64,000 nt of DNA, taken from contig CAVUDP010000001.1 of assembly GCA_963740315.1 (NCBI GenBank), positions 1,056,001-1,120,000 of the forward strand, in the 5' to 3' direction. This stretch comes from an uncultured cyanobacterium (GTDB taxonomy: Bacteria > Cyanobacteriota > Cyanobacteriia > Cyanobacteriales > Nostocaceae). The translations under genes and the position numbers were made by a program. Positions 50,302-62,660 of this stretch are shown one piece after another (within the stretch, counting starts at the first letter, position 1; the number at the start of each line of letters is the position of its first letter). The notes below the pieces were generated by a model. It did no database searches. It saw nothing but the letters and a program-made list of their open reading frames with translations, and was not told where the DNA came from.

Positions 50302-51777
50302 ATGGCAAACATTAATCCCGATCCAGAATCTAACAATTCGGAACAAATAAAATCGCTTCCTAGAATCAAGCTTTTAACAATGTTCCGTTTGGGATTATTT
50401 CAAATGGGACTTGGGATTATGTCACTCCTGACATTGGGGGTACTTAACCGAGTCATGATTGACGAACTCAAAGTTTTACCGTTGATTGCAGCTGGTGCGA
50501 TCGCCATGTACCAGTTTGTCAGCCCAGCGCGAGTTTGGTTTGGTCAAATGTCGGATGCGAAACCGATTGGCGGCTATCATCGTTCTGGGTATGTATGGAT
50601 TGGAGCAATTTTTTTTACTACGATTTCTTTTGTGGCTCTACAAGTTGTATGGCAGTTAGGATATAGCTTACAGGCACGTGGTTGGAGTTTCCAAACCTAC
50701 GGATGGGCTGCTATACTGGCATTTATTTTTGCACTTTACGGTTTAGCTCTCAGTGCAAGTTCTACTCCTTTTGCGGCTTTATTAGTAGATGTTACCGACG
50801 AAGACAACCGTTCTAAATTGATTGGGGTTGTTTGGTCAATGTTGATGGTTGGTATTGTTATTGGAGCGATTGTTAGTTCTAGATTATTAGAAACACCAGA
50901 AGTTTGTGGCGCGGCTATTTTATCTTACAGCCCTCAAACTGGAAAAATAGCTGATATCGCGCAATTGCAAGCTACAATCAACCCGGTATTTATTATCATG
51001 CCAGCCTTAGTTTTCGGACTATGTATTTTGGCAACTTTCGGCGTAGAAAAAAAATATTCCCGTTATTCTTTACGTTCTACGGCTGTAGAAAGAGAAGATC
51101 AAATAACTTTAAAAAAAGCTTTAAAAGTTCTTACCGCTAACCGCCAAACAGGTTTATTTTTCGGATTTTTACTGGTATTAAGTATTAGTCTTTTTATGCA
51201 AGATTCAATATTAGAACCTTATGGCGGCGAAGTTTTTGGAATGTGTATTGCTGAAACCACAAGGTTAAACGTTCCTTTTGGAATTGGTACTTTAATTGGG
51301 ATTGCTTCAAGTGGCTTTTTAGTAGTACCGCGTTTGGGGAAGAAAAACACTACTAAATTCGGATGTATTTTCGCCGCAATCAGCAATCTTTTTATTATTA
51401 TGGCAGGATTTACCGCTAGTAAAAGCTTGTTGATGGGTAGCTTGTTGTTCTTTGGTTTATCATCTGGAATGCTGACAGCAGGAGCTACAAGCTTGATGTT
51501 GGATTTGACTGCGGCTGAAACTGCGGGTACCTTTATCGGAGCTTGGGGATTAGCGCAATCAATGGCGAGGGGTTCTGCGACGGTACTTGGTGGAGGATTT
51601 TTAAACTTAGGTAAAATACTGTTTGATTTACCAGCAATGGCATATGGATTAGTATTTTTTCTGCAAGCAATAGGAATGATTTTCGCCATTTTATTATTGC
51701 GTCGCATCAACGTTAAAGAGTTTCAAAAGAATGCCAAAGTGGCGATAAGTTCTATTTTAGAGAATGAATTAGATTAA
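50302..51777 (+). CDS. PucC/BCD family MFS transporter
   Basis: RLGLFQ, LNRVMI.EL, LEPYGG.VF, GTFIGAWGLAQ. Confidence 0.9.
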   Translation: MANINPDPESNNSEQIKSLPRIKLLTMFRLGLFQMGLGIMSLLTLGVLNRVMIDELKVLPLIAAGAIAMYQFVSPARVWFGQMSDAKPIGGYHRSGYVWIGAIFFTTISFVALQVVWQLGYSLQARGWSFQTYGWAAILAFIFALYGLALSASSTPFAALLVDVTDEDNRSKLIGVVWSMLMVGIVIGAIVSSRLLETPEVCGAAILSYSPQTGKIADIAQLQATINPVFIIMPALVFGLCILATFGVEKKYSRYSLRSTAVEREDQITLKKALKVLTANRQTGLFFGFLLVLSISLFMQDSILEPYGGEVFGMCIAETTRLNVPFGIGTLIGIASSGFLVVPRLGKKNTTKFGCIFAAISNLFIIMAGFTASKSLLMGSLLFFGLSSGMLTAGATSLMLDLTAAETAGTFIGAWGLAQSMARGSATVLGGGFLNLGKILFDLPAMAYGLVFFLQAIGMIFAILLLRRINVKEFQKNAKVAISSILENELD

Positions 51778-51796
51778 GTTAGTTAGGAGTTATGAG

Positions 51797-51993
51797 TTGT
51801 AGGTTGGGTTAGGCGCACAAAGAATGATAGTTTTTAACAAGAAATTAGTCTTTGCGCCGTAACCCAACATCTTGATTTTCGGTACTTTGCAATATCTAAA
51901 ATTATCTTAAAAGCAGAATGTTGGGTTACGACACGATAATCATAAATTCACGTTACCAACTTAACTTATTTTCGTGTCTAACCCAACCTACAA
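51797..51993. mobile_element. 197-bp REPIN/MITE-like element (family C, long-loop REPs)
   Basis: Ends ttgtaggttgggttag ... ctaacccaacctacaa; two inverted long hairpins. Confidence 0.85.
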
Positions 51994-52030
51994 GCTCCCT
52001 ACTCCCTACTCCCTACTCCCTTTTTTTAAT

Positions 52031-52840
52031 ATGAACGATTTTTGGAATACTGTTTTAGAATTTTCTCAAACTACTACGAATAGAGTCGGAAAGCAGTTAA
52101 TGCAAGATTTTGGTAGGGTACAAGCCGATCGCAAAGCTGATGGTAGTTTGGTAACGAAAGCCGATAAATGGGCTGATAATCAAATTCGAGATGCGATCGC
52201 CGCTCAATTCCCCGCTCATGGTATTCTCAGCGAAGAAAATGTTACGGTTTTTCCGGATAATGAGTGGTGCTGGATAGTCGATCCTTTGGATGGTACTACT
52301 AATTTTACGAGGGGAATTCCTATCTGGTGCATTTCTCTAGGGCTACTTTATAAAGGTACCCCTGTATTTGGCTATGTTTATGCGCCACCTACTAATGAAG
52401 CTTTTTATGGATACTGGGAAGGTGATTCTGGATTAGATTTACCACGGGGAGCATTTTGTAACGATCGCCCAATTCAAACCAGTAAAGACGATCTTAGTAA
52501 AAATCATTTTTTCAATTTATGTTCCCGCAGCACATCGGTAATGAATCCAGATTTCCCCTGCAAAATTAGAATGCTTGGTGTTGCTAGCTACAATTTTCTC
52601 ACTGTGGCGACGGGAGCGGTGTTGGGTGCTGTTGAAGCGACACCCAAGGTATGGGATATAGCCGGTGCTTGGGTAATTTTACAGGCTGCTGGAGGTAGTT
52701 GGATATCTTTGAAATCTCAGCCTTTTCCTTTGGTTGTAGGTGAAGATTATGGTGCTAAATCTATACCCACGTTGGCTGTAAGTCGCTCGGAATTAATTGA
52801 AGTGTTTAAACCTTTTTTAGAAGTTAGTAGTTATTTGTAG
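52031..52840 (+). CDS. inositol monophosphatase family protein
   Basis: ILSEE, WIVDPLDGTTNF, WDIAGA; real start MNDFW (upstream extension is repeat sequence). Confidence 0.9.
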   Translation: MNDFWNTVLEFSQTTTNRVGKQLMQDFGRVQADRKADGSLVTKADKWADNQIRDAIAAQFPAHGILSEENVTVFPDNEWCWIVDPLDGTTNFTRGIPIWCISLGLLYKGTPVFGYVYAPPTNEAFYGYWEGDSGLDLPRGAFCNDRPIQTSKDDLSKNHFFNLCSRSTSVMNPDFPCKIRMLGVASYNFLTVATGAVLGAVEATPKVWDIAGAWVILQAAGGSWISLKSQPFPLVVGEDYGAKSIPTLAVSRSELIEVFKPFLEVSSYL

Positions 52841-53212
52841 GTTGGGTTAGGCGCACAAAGAATGATAGTTTTTATTAGAAATTAGTTTTTGCGCCGTAAC
52901 CCAACATCTTGGCGATCGATACTTTATACTTTATAAACTTTCTAATTAACCAAAATGCCAATGTTGGGTTACGACACGATAACAAAAGTTCTGTTTACTT
53001 GTAGGTTGGGTTAGGCGCACAAAGAAAGATAGTTTTTAATAAGAAATTAATCTTTGCGCCGTAACCCAACATCTTGATTCTCGGTACTTTTTACTATCTC
53101 AAATTATCTTAAAAAAAGAATGTTGGGTTACGACACGATAATCATACATTCACGTCACCTACTTAACTTTTTTTCGTGTCTAACCCAACCTACAACCTAA
53201 CCCAACCTACAA
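52835..53212. mobile_element. family C element: truncated copy (52835-~52982), full copy (52999-53195) and duplicated end (53196-53212)
   Basis: Colinear with 51797-51993. Confidence 0.85.
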
Positions 53213-53238
53213 GCTAATTACCAATTACCAATTACCAA

Positions 53239-54003
53239 TTACAGATAATTTTCGGTGATTATGCCATCTTCTAAAAATGCTACATTGTCAGCGAAACTCT
53301 GAATGCGGGAATCGTGAGTTACCATGACAACGGTGCTTCCACCATCTTTGGCTAAATTACACAGCAATTCGATAACAGCTTGTCCGTTATGAGAATCTAG
53401 TGCGGCGGTTGGCTCGTCTGCCATAATTAACTTGGGATTACCCGCTAATGCACGGGCGATCGCGATTCGTTGTTTTTGCCCGCCAGATAAGTCGCGGGGA
53501 AGTAAATTGGCTTTATTAGCTAATCCCACCATATCTAATAACTCTAAAGCCTGGTTAGTGGCGGATTTTCCTTTAAAACCTTTAATTTCTAAAGCGACTT
53601 GCACGTTTTCTACTGCATTTAAAGCTCCGAAAAGGTTAAAGCCTTGAAAAATAAAACCAATATTATCTCTTCTAAACTGAGATAATTTCTTGCGAGACAT
53701 CCGCGTAATCTCTTCTCCTAAAAGATGTACTTTTCCAGAAGTAGGAGTCAAAATCCCTGCCAGAATTGATAGTAAAGTGGTTTTTCCGGAACCAGAATGT
53801 CCCATTAACAGCTGGATAGTACCTTTGGGAATATCCAAATCAATTCCTTTGAGTGCTTGGTAGCGTTGTTTCCCAGATTGATACACCATTTCTACTCCTC
53901 TAGCAGAAATAGCAGAACTTTTCAATTTACTTACATCAATAGACTTTGAATCATTCCAATCGATTCTGGAAGTCACTATACATCGATTTTGAGAAATAGT
54001 CAT
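53239..54003 (-). CDS. ABC transporter ATP-binding protein (DevA/LolD-like)
   Basis: GHSGSGKT, LSGGQKQR, ADEPT, VTHD. Confidence 0.93.
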   Translation of the reverse strand: MTISQNRCIVTSRIDWNDSKSIDVSKLKSSAISARGVEMVYQSGKQRYQALKGIDLDIPKGTIQLLMGHSGSGKTTLLSILAGILTPTSGKVHLLGEEITRMSRKKLSQFRRDNIGFIFQGFNLFGALNAVENVQVALEIKGFKGKSATNQALELLDMVGLANKANLLPRDLSGGQKQRIAIARALAGNPKLIMADEPTAALDSHNGQAVIELLCNLAKDGGSTVVMVTHDSRIQSFADNVAFLEDGIITENYL

Positions 54004-54129
54004 TTCTTTAGGATAGGGATATTGATTTTTAGGCGAGGTGCAAGGAGAAGCGTAAATTTACTTATAATTTTTCAGTATGAGAATAAAATAATTCACTTTA
54101 GAGATAGAGAACTTTAACCATGTGACAGA

Positions 54130-55380
54130 CTATGCTTTGAACACAATTGCGGGATCGACTTTACTTACTTTTTGAATTGCGAATAAAGCAGAACCAACGC
54201 ACATCAAGACGGTGATCCCAAAAACTCCCACGGCTGTAAATGGAGTAATTAAAATCACAATTCCTTGAGTTGCTAAAGTCCAAGCACCCAGCCCCCAGCA
54301 AAGTAACATTCCTGGAATGTAGCCAAGAATCGCCATCCACAGAGCCTGCTCGATTATTACGCCATATATGACTCTATTTGACGCTCCCATCGCTTTGAGT
54401 GTTCCAAATTCTTTTAAATGGTCGGCAACCGCTGAGTATAAAATCTGACCTACAATTACTATGCCTACAACTACACCAACTGCCGCACCCAAGCCCAAAA
54501 TAAACCCGATACCCGTTGACTGCTGCCAAAATATTCGTATCTTTTTAGACAAGTCTGCGGTGGTATATGCAGTAGTTTCTGGGAAAGTGGCTTCTAAGCG
54601 TTTTTTAAGTTGTTGAATATTTTGACCTGGCTCTGCTTGAATTAACACGTAAGATATAGGCGTATTTAAACTTAAAGGCGGAGGTGGTTCGTTGGCTGAT
54701 TGCTGTTTTTTAGCATCGGCATCTTTTTGATAAACGTTGCGACATTGCAGTTCTTCTCCAACCCACGTACAGTTAACATTTGTGGTGACGCTAGCATTAA
54801 CGTAAGCGTTTGCAGTTTCCAAGGAAGCGAACAAAAAGGGGCTTGAAACAACTGATTGAGTATTTTGGGTTAAGCCAACAACTTGAACTGGTAACGAGCC
54901 AATTTGAGCGGTATCTCCAATCTTTTTGATTTTGAGAGACTTTGAATTAGTTTGATCGATAATTACCGTATAAGGTTTTCTTAGGGATTTTACATTGCCC
55001 TTAACCACGTCTCCGGGTACGAATAATCTTCCATTCGCAGGAAATCCATACACCTTGACTACATTAAGTTTGCCATTGGGAACATTCCACCTAGCCAATC
55101 CTTGAAGTAAAGCTTCGGCTCGTTTTACACCTTCAACTTTTCTAGCTCTAACGGCATAATCGAATATAAGCGGTTGCGTGAGTTCGAGTTGCACCATCTT
55201 ATCGGATGCTAACCAAATATCGGCTCGGGAATTTTCTACTAAAGTTGTGGTAGAACGAATTACCCCATTAAATACCCCAGTCTGGATAGTCACTAAACTG
55301 ACAGCAAACATTATTCCCGCTTGAGCCACTAAAAAACGGGGGATGTCTTCAAATAAGTTTTTGCGAGCGATAGAAACCAT
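54130..55380 (-). CDS. ABC transporter permease (DevC/FtsX-MacB-like)
   Basis: N-terminal TM, large periplasmic domain, HLKEFGTLKAMGA, three C-terminal TMs, DPAIVF. Confidence 0.9.
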   Translation of the reverse strand: MVSIARKNLFEDIPRFLVAQAGIMFAVSLVTIQTGVFNGVIRSTTTLVENSRADIWLASDKMVQLELTQPLIFDYAVRARKVEGVKRAEALLQGLARWNVPNGKLNVVKVYGFPANGRLFVPGDVVKGNVKSLRKPYTVIIDQTNSKSLKIKKIGDTAQIGSLPVQVVGLTQNTQSVVSSPFLFASLETANAYVNASVTTNVNCTWVGEELQCRNVYQKDADAKKQQSANEPPPPLSLNTPISYVLIQAEPGQNIQQLKKRLEATFPETTAYTTADLSKKIRIFWQQSTGIGFILGLGAAVGVVVGIVIVGQILYSAVADHLKEFGTLKAMGASNRVIYGVIIEQALWMAILGYIPGMLLCWGLGAWTLATQGIVILITPFTAVGVFGITVLMCVGSALFAIQKVSKVDPAIVFKA

Positions 55381-56196
55381 TAATACAGAATCACCAAAAA
55401 AATTTACTTGACTTGCAACTTACCTTTCCTCGTAAATTGATGCAAGAATTTAAAAAATCGTTCCTTATAGTAATTTGGGGCTGAAGTCAATTATGCTAAA
55501 ACACGCGAATAAGGCTATATAGAACATCTATCAGTTCGCAATAAGGCTGTCACTAAAAATCATTAGATAGTCAAATTAGTTTAATTAACGATTCCTAATT
55601 AATAATTTATGATTTACGTTACAAGCTAAAACAATAATACATCTATGTCTTATTCTGAAATAGTTTCAAAGGTATATGTAGGCTTAAAAACAGGGAACAA
55701 AATTGTTTTAGATCGGTGTTATGCTAATTATTCCTTCTACTAATTATCTAATAAAACTAACCAAATAAATCACCGAATCAAGGTTAAATGTTAGATTATA
55801 GTATCAACCAAGGCAATGCTAGCTATGGAACTTTCTGAGAATAATCAAGTCTATCCGATTAAATATTCAATCCAATTAACTTGGCATTAACTTCAAATCC
55901 GTGCATCCAAATATTGATTATATGTAAAATTTCCAAAGTTCCAGATATTAATTAGATCGCGTCCGATCCTGATTTGGATTCGTACAGATGTACGATGTTA
56001 TTGAAAACTACTTCAAACATCATAAAGACTTTAGTTGTAGATTACTTCTCTCGACAGACTGGAATATGAGTAGTAATATTTTTTCACTCCAAGGCTGTTA
56101 TAGTAATATTCCTCTAACTATAGTTAGTTGTTAATAGTTTTGTAAAGTCGCTTCAACGATTGTTAATATTTCCTGAATAATTTCTGTGAGGATGAA

Positions 56197-57900
56197 ATGC
56201 TTAATTTCACGTTAGCCCTATTGACTAATGCGGCAAGATTATCTAAAGCTAATTTTATACGTAAGACTCGTAAACCCACGGTTGCTCAAGAGCAGTTTTT
56301 GTTATCGCTGCTTAAGGCTTATCAGGAAACGGAATTTGGGCGAGAGTATAATTTTCAAGAGATCAAAACTGTAGAACAGTTTCGAGAACGCTTGCCAATT
56401 CTACCTTACAGCAGTTACGAACCTTATTTAGAACGGATTGCTAAAGGCGAACAAAATATTCTCACACCCGATCGCGTTGTTTACCTAAATTTAACGAGCG
56501 GTTCAACTGGAAAACAAAAGTTAATTCCAGTCACTAAAGAATCTCGTAAAGTCTTAAATCGTGCCAATCGGGTTAGCATGGGCTTCGTGGCTGAAGCTAT
56601 ACAAAAGCGGGGTTTACCAATTGGCAAAATATTCTTGACAAGTTCGGTGCAATTATACGGACGTACTAAGGGAGGAATTGATTACGGTCCTGTGAGTGTT
56701 GGGGACTTACGATTAAACAACTTTCTTTATAAGCAGGTATTTGCATTTCCTTATGAAGCCTTGCAGCCAGAAGATAATTTAGCACGCCATTACGTTTGTT
56801 TGCTTTTTGCTTTACGAAATCCGGATTTGAGAATTTGTGCTTTTAACTTCCCAGTTTTGGCACTACAACTATGCAAATATTTGGAATCTCACAGCTTAGA
56901 ACTAATTGAAGATTTAGAACTCGGAACTATTGCTCCTTGGCTGAAGCTAAAACCAGAATTACGCGCAAAACTAGAAACTCAATTTCGTGCATACCCCAAA
57001 CGAGCCGCTCAACTGCGTCAAATCTTGCACGATAAAGGAAGACTTACACCAAAATCAGTTTGGCAAAATCTTTCATTTATTACTACTGCTCGTGGAGGTA
57101 CATCAGATTTTTATCTGCAAAAATTTCCGGAATATTTTGGCGATACTCCCGTTTTTGGTGGTATTTATTCTTCTGCGGAAGCTACTTTCGGTATTCATCG
57201 CGATTTCAATCGTGATGGGTCGATTTTAGCAATTGAAACTGGTTTTTTTGAATTTATTCCTCAAGAGCAATGGGGTGTTTCGCAACCGAAAACACTTTTA
57301 CCCCACGAGGTGAAAGTAGGACAACATTACCGCATTTTGATGTCTAACTACAGCGGTTTTTTCCGCTACGATATCGGCGATGTAGTGGAAGTAGTAGGCT
57401 GGTACGAACAGACTCCTTTAATTGTATTTCGACATCGTTTGGGGGGTATGCTGTCTTCCACAACAGAAAAAACAACTGAATTTCATGTCATTCAGGTGAT
57501 GCAGCAGCTACAAAAAGAATTTAATCTATCTTTAGAGAACTTCTGTATTACTTTATCCGAGGATGAAGTTCCCCCTCATTATTTAGTAAATATTGAATTA
57601 CGATCGGGTCATACTCTTGATAATCCTCAAGAATTTATCATGCAGTTCGATCGCATTTTAAAAGAAGTCCATATTTCTTATGCAACCAAAAGAGCAGCTC
57701 AAGTCCCATCACCACGGTTACGAATTTTAGCTCCTGGAAGTTTCGCGACTATTCGTCAACGGCTTTTAAAAAAAGGAATTCCGGCTTCGCAATTAAAATT
57801 CCCTCACATCAGCGACGATCGACAATTTTTAGCCGGATTAACTGTTGAGCAAGAGGTGAGGATGCCATTAAGCTTATCAGTTGTGAATGCAAATGAATGA
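56197..57900 (+). CDS. GH3 family acyl-adenylate-forming enzyme
   Basis: TEFGR, LTSGSTGKQKLIP, YSSAE, FFEFIP, RYDIGDVV. Confidence 0.9.
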   Translation: MLNFTLALLTNAARLSKANFIRKTRKPTVAQEQFLLSLLKAYQETEFGREYNFQEIKTVEQFRERLPILPYSSYEPYLERIAKGEQNILTPDRVVYLNLTSGSTGKQKLIPVTKESRKVLNRANRVSMGFVAEAIQKRGLPIGKIFLTSSVQLYGRTKGGIDYGPVSVGDLRLNNFLYKQVFAFPYEALQPEDNLARHYVCLLFALRNPDLRICAFNFPVLALQLCKYLESHSLELIEDLELGTIAPWLKLKPELRAKLETQFRAYPKRAAQLRQILHDKGRLTPKSVWQNLSFITTARGGTSDFYLQKFPEYFGDTPVFGGIYSSAEATFGIHRDFNRDGSILAIETGFFEFIPQEQWGVSQPKTLLPHEVKVGQHYRILMSNYSGFFRYDIGDVVEVVGWYEQTPLIVFRHRLGGMLSSTTEKTTEFHVIQVMQQLQKEFNLSLENFCITLSEDEVPPHYLVNIELRSGHTLDNPQEFIMQFDRILKEVHISYATKRAAQVPSPRLRILAPGSFATIRQRLLKKGIPASQLKFPHISDDRQFLAGLTVEQEVRMPLSLSVVNANE

Positions 57901-57964
57901 ATTTTGATGATTTAAGTGGAAACGATATTACACCCAGTTTAAGCAACTCGGAAAACAGAAAAAA

Positions 57965-58723
57965 ATGGCAAATATTTTAGGAATACTTGTTAAACAATTA
58001 GAGAAGTTACTAAGTAAAGATGGTTGGTTAGAAAGATTAATCGCTAAAAATTCTCTGGTAGGCAATTCAGTCTTTTTTGATGTCGAAGAGTTCCCCTGGG
58101 CTAAAGATTTAGAAGCTAACTGGATGACGATTCGTCAAGAATTGGAACAGGTACTTGAAAGAGTAGACGAATTACCAAATTTTCAAGATATTTCTAAGCG
58201 TCAATATAGAATTGCTAACGATAATCTTTGGAAAACCTATTTTTTCTATGCATTCGGATTTAAAGCTACTAAAAATTGCGAAAGATGTCCGGAAACTACT
58301 AAATTGCTCGAACAAATACCGGGAATGAAGGTAGCATTTTTCTCGATTCTTGCTCCCGGTAAACATATTCCCAAACATCGCGGTAAACTCAAAACTTTGA
58401 TCCGCTATCATTTGGGGTTAATTGTTCCAGAACCCAAAGAAAAATGTAAGATTCAAATAGCAGATGAAGTTAAATATTGGGAAGAAGGTAAAAGTTTAAT
58501 TTTCGACGATACTTTTTACCATGAAGTTTGGAATGATACGGATGGTTATCGTGTAGTTTTATTTCTAGATATTGCTCGTCCTTTAAAATTTCCCCTTTCT
58601 GTTATCAGTTCCTTAGCTAATAAATTAATTACTGCTTCTCCTATAGTACAAGAAGCGAAAGCTAGTCATAAAACTTGGGAAGATAACTTTGAAGAAAGCG
58701 CAAGATCAAAAGAATTAGTTTGA
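57965..58723 (+). CDS. aspartyl/asparaginyl beta-hydroxylase family Fe(II)/2OG dioxygenase (LpxO/OlsC-like)
   Basis: LEANW..IR.E, CPETT, FS.L.PG.HIP.H, RYHLGL, FDDT..HEVWN, RVVLFLD. Confidence 0.9.
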   Translation: MANILGILVKQLEKLLSKDGWLERLIAKNSLVGNSVFFDVEEFPWAKDLEANWMTIRQELEQVLERVDELPNFQDISKRQYRIANDNLWKTYFFYAFGFKATKNCERCPETTKLLEQIPGMKVAFFSILAPGKHIPKHRGKLKTLIRYHLGLIVPEPKEKCKIQIADEVKYWEEGKSLIFDDTFYHEVWNDTDGYRVVLFLDIARPLKFPLSVISSLANKLITASPIVQEAKASHKTWEDNFEESARSKELV

Positions 58724-58787
58724 ATCAATTCATTGTTATCTATGGGGTGTTAGATTTTTTATTAAATCGATACAGTAGGATGTTGGG

Positions 58788-58813
58788 AGACGTAGCAGTG
58801 CTACGTCTCTACA
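58788..58813 (-). repeat. single REP family A copy
   Basis: agacgtagcagtgctacgtctctaca identical to 4558-4583; variant copy at ~36821, degenerate copy at ~2879. Confidence 0.85.
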
Positions 58814-58847
58814 TTTGTTATCTGGATAAACTAAACCATAAAATAAT

Positions 58848-60050
58848 TCAGTTATCGTATTTAGCCTTTTCAAGTGCTTTACCTTGCTGAATGCTTAAAA
58901 ACGCAGTAACTAAAGATACGACCGCACCTACAAAAAATACTGCAATTCCGCCATTCTTCCAAACTGGTCCAAGGAAAATCGGGGAGAAAAATTGTCCTAA
59001 ATTACTAGCCCCGGTTCCAATTGCTAAAACGCTGGAACGTACTTCTTTCGGGGTTGATTTAGATAAAGCATCGTACAAATTCGGCATAACGATACCGAAT
59101 CCCATCCCGAAAACAATCGCTGTCGGTAAAATAAAATAAACTTGTTCTACAAATGGTATAGTAATTAATGTTACTGCCATCAAGATAAATCCCAGCGCGA
59201 TCGCTTTGGCACTTCCCAAACGCTTAGCTAACTTACTCGCACCCACGGCAGAGATAACAGCCGCACCAATTGCTCGCGATGCTAAAATTGCTCCATTAAG
59301 TACTGTATCCGCTGCGATCGTTTCTTTAAAATGTAGGGGAGCGTAGATAATTACCACATAAAAGATTGCAGATGTCAAGGCTAAAGCTGTAAATAGAGTT
59401 ACGGTACTTGGAGCTCTCAAGCTTTCAATTAATTTATCTTTTTGACCTAAATTTATCGATGAAGAACCTTGACGTTTGCGCTTGGGTAACATTAGGTATG
59501 CCATTAGCGCTGCTGGTAAAGCCAAACCATACATACAAAAGGTAAATCGCCAATTGTAAGAACCAAGCAAACCACCAAGAATCGGAAAAATAATACTGGC
59601 GATCGCCAATGCGCTAGTCGTATAACCCAGGATGCGGGTTCGTTTCTCTCCTTCGTACATACTGCTTAAAATGCCGATACTCGCTGCTGCAACACCACCA
59701 CTAGCAGCCCCCAATAATGCCCGCGATATTAATAATGGGATAAAACTCTGCATCAAAGCCCCGGAACTACCGAAAATTGCGTAGCAAACGAGTGACGGAA
59801 TTAGCACCTTAACTTTACCGATACGGTCGGCGAGAATGCCACAGATCGGACTAAATAAAAAGATTGTCAAGCAATGCATACTGACTAGAATTCCCGACCA
59901 CCGGGGGTCGATCGCAAGTTGTTCCCTTATCTCCGGCATCACTGGTGCAACAACACTTCCCGTCATGGTGGTTAAGCTACCACAAGCAAGTAATACTAGT
60001 AAAATTGGAATTTGTTTGCGAGTTTCTTTACTTAGAAGCGATGCGGACAT
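58848..60050 (-). CDS. MFS transporter (12 TM)
   Basis: GILADRIGK motif A, RALLG, P.LGG.L....WR. Confidence 0.9.
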   Translation of the reverse strand: MSASLLSKETRKQIPILLVLLACGSLTTMTGSVVAPVMPEIREQLAIDPRWSGILVSMHCLTIFLFSPICGILADRIGKVKVLIPSLVCYAIFGSSGALMQSFIPLLISRALLGAASGGVAAASIGILSSMYEGEKRTRILGYTTSALAIASIIFPILGGLLGSYNWRFTFCMYGLALPAALMAYLMLPKRKRQGSSSINLGQKDKLIESLRAPSTVTLFTALALTSAIFYVVIIYAPLHFKETIAADTVLNGAILASRAIGAAVISAVGASKLAKRLGSAKAIALGFILMAVTLITIPFVEQVYFILPTAIVFGMGFGIVMPNLYDALSKSTPKEVRSSVLAIGTGASNLGQFFSPIFLGPVWKNGGIAVFFVGAVVSLVTAFLSIQQGKALEKAKYDN

Positions 60051-60385
60051 ATGAATAAAAAATTCCTTAATTATGGTTATTCGTTTGGTATCAAAAAGGT
60101 ATTGAAACTTATTTCAAAAAATTTTGCTGCTTTCAGTATTCTTTTCAAAAAGACAGTCCGCAATGTTGGAACTACAAGTAGATTAAACCAATTTTTGAAT
60201 CGTGAATAGGCAACTGGTATAACAAAATTCCCTCCAATTATTTACTCGGAAGGGAAAATCATACTTTATCTTTTGAATAGTTAAAAGCTTTTACTGTTCC
60301 GCTTTATTAAATAAACAAAGATATTTGAAAATTAAACCCCCCTTTGAAAAGGGGGGAAGGGGGAATAATCCGAGAATTAAACATC

Positions 60386-61702
<1,317 letters not shown>

Positions 61703-61759
61703 TTAAAAAGAAGTGAATAAAATATAATCTACTTTGTTCCTTATCTAAGTGTTTGATAA

Positions 61760-61816
61760 GTTTGTAGTAAGGACTTTAGTCTTCGGATTTAGGGAACCAA
61801 TGCCCCTACTACGAAC
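61760..61816. repeat. degenerate REP family B doublet
   Basis: gtttGTAGtaaggactttagtct ... ctaCTACgaac. Confidence 0.65.
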
Positions 61817-61826
61817 CTTTTAATAA

Positions 61827-62660
61827 TTACTTCTGTGGAAGCTTGACGTTAGTTGCCAATCCGAGCATTTGCAATAATCTAATAGTCATCCAAGTCATAT
61901 CAACTTCCCACCATTGCAAACCATGACGTGCAGAATATTGAAAAGCATGATGGTTATTGTGCCAACCTTCGCCGAAAGTTAGTATAGCAACCCACCAACA
62001 GTTAGTGGAGCGATCGCCTGAATCATGAGTACGGTAGCCGATTGTATGACAGACGCTGTTGACGAAGAGTGTAGAGTGAATGCCGACAAACAAGCGGACA
62101 AAGATTCCCCAGACGACAAAAGACCACCCACCGAGGAAATATAAAAGAACTCCTAACGCGACTTGTAACTCTATATAATAACGGTGACAAAAACGATAAA
62201 ATGCATCGTCGGCAATATCTTTTGTCATGCGTGGAAGTTCGGGTTTAGCTGGAACGGTATGCATTAACCAGCCAATGTGGCTCCACCAAAAGCCTTCGCT
62301 AGGTGTATGAGGATCTCCTTTTTCGTCGGAATGCAGATGATGCACTCGGTGATAACCAACCCAACCAAGTACGCCACCTTGAAGAGCTAAAGTACCGCAG
62401 AGAATCAGAAAATACTCCAGCCATTTGGGAACTTGTAAGCTACGATGGGTTGCTAAACGATGAAATCCAAAAGCAATTCCCAAGCCGATTGTCATCCAGT
62501 GCAGTAACAACAGTACCCCTACAGCAGCCCAGCTAAAGTTTTGGGGTAAGAATGCTAGTAATACTGCTACATGAAGAATGACAGTAAAAATAATCACCTT
62601 CAATCGAGGAGAAGGTGGATTTAATTGCGGTAAAGAAGCTTGAGATAAATTGCTAGTCAT
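61827..62660 (-). CDS. membrane fatty acid desaturase (delta-9/DesC-like)
   Basis: His boxes HRLATH, HRVHH, HNNHH; GFWWSHIGW, FGEGWH. Confidence 0.93.
   Translation of the reverse strand: MTSNLSQASLPQLNPPSPRLKVIIFTVILHVAVLLAFLPQNFSWAAVGVLLLLHWMTIGLGIAFGFHRLATHRSLQVPKWLEYFLILCGTLALQGGVLGWVGYHRVHHLHSDEKGDPHTPSEGFWWSHIGWLMHTVPAKPELPRMTKDIADDAFYRFCHRYYIELQVALGVLLYFLGGWSFVVWGIFVRLFVGIHSTLFVNSVCHTIGYRTHDSGDRSTNCWWVAILTFGEGWHNNHHAFQYSARHGLQWWEVDMTWMTIRLLQMLGLATNVKLPQK

Noticed and set aside
51974..52030. N-terminal extension of the IMPase
   Set aside because: Lies in the family C element end and (ctcccta)n heptamers
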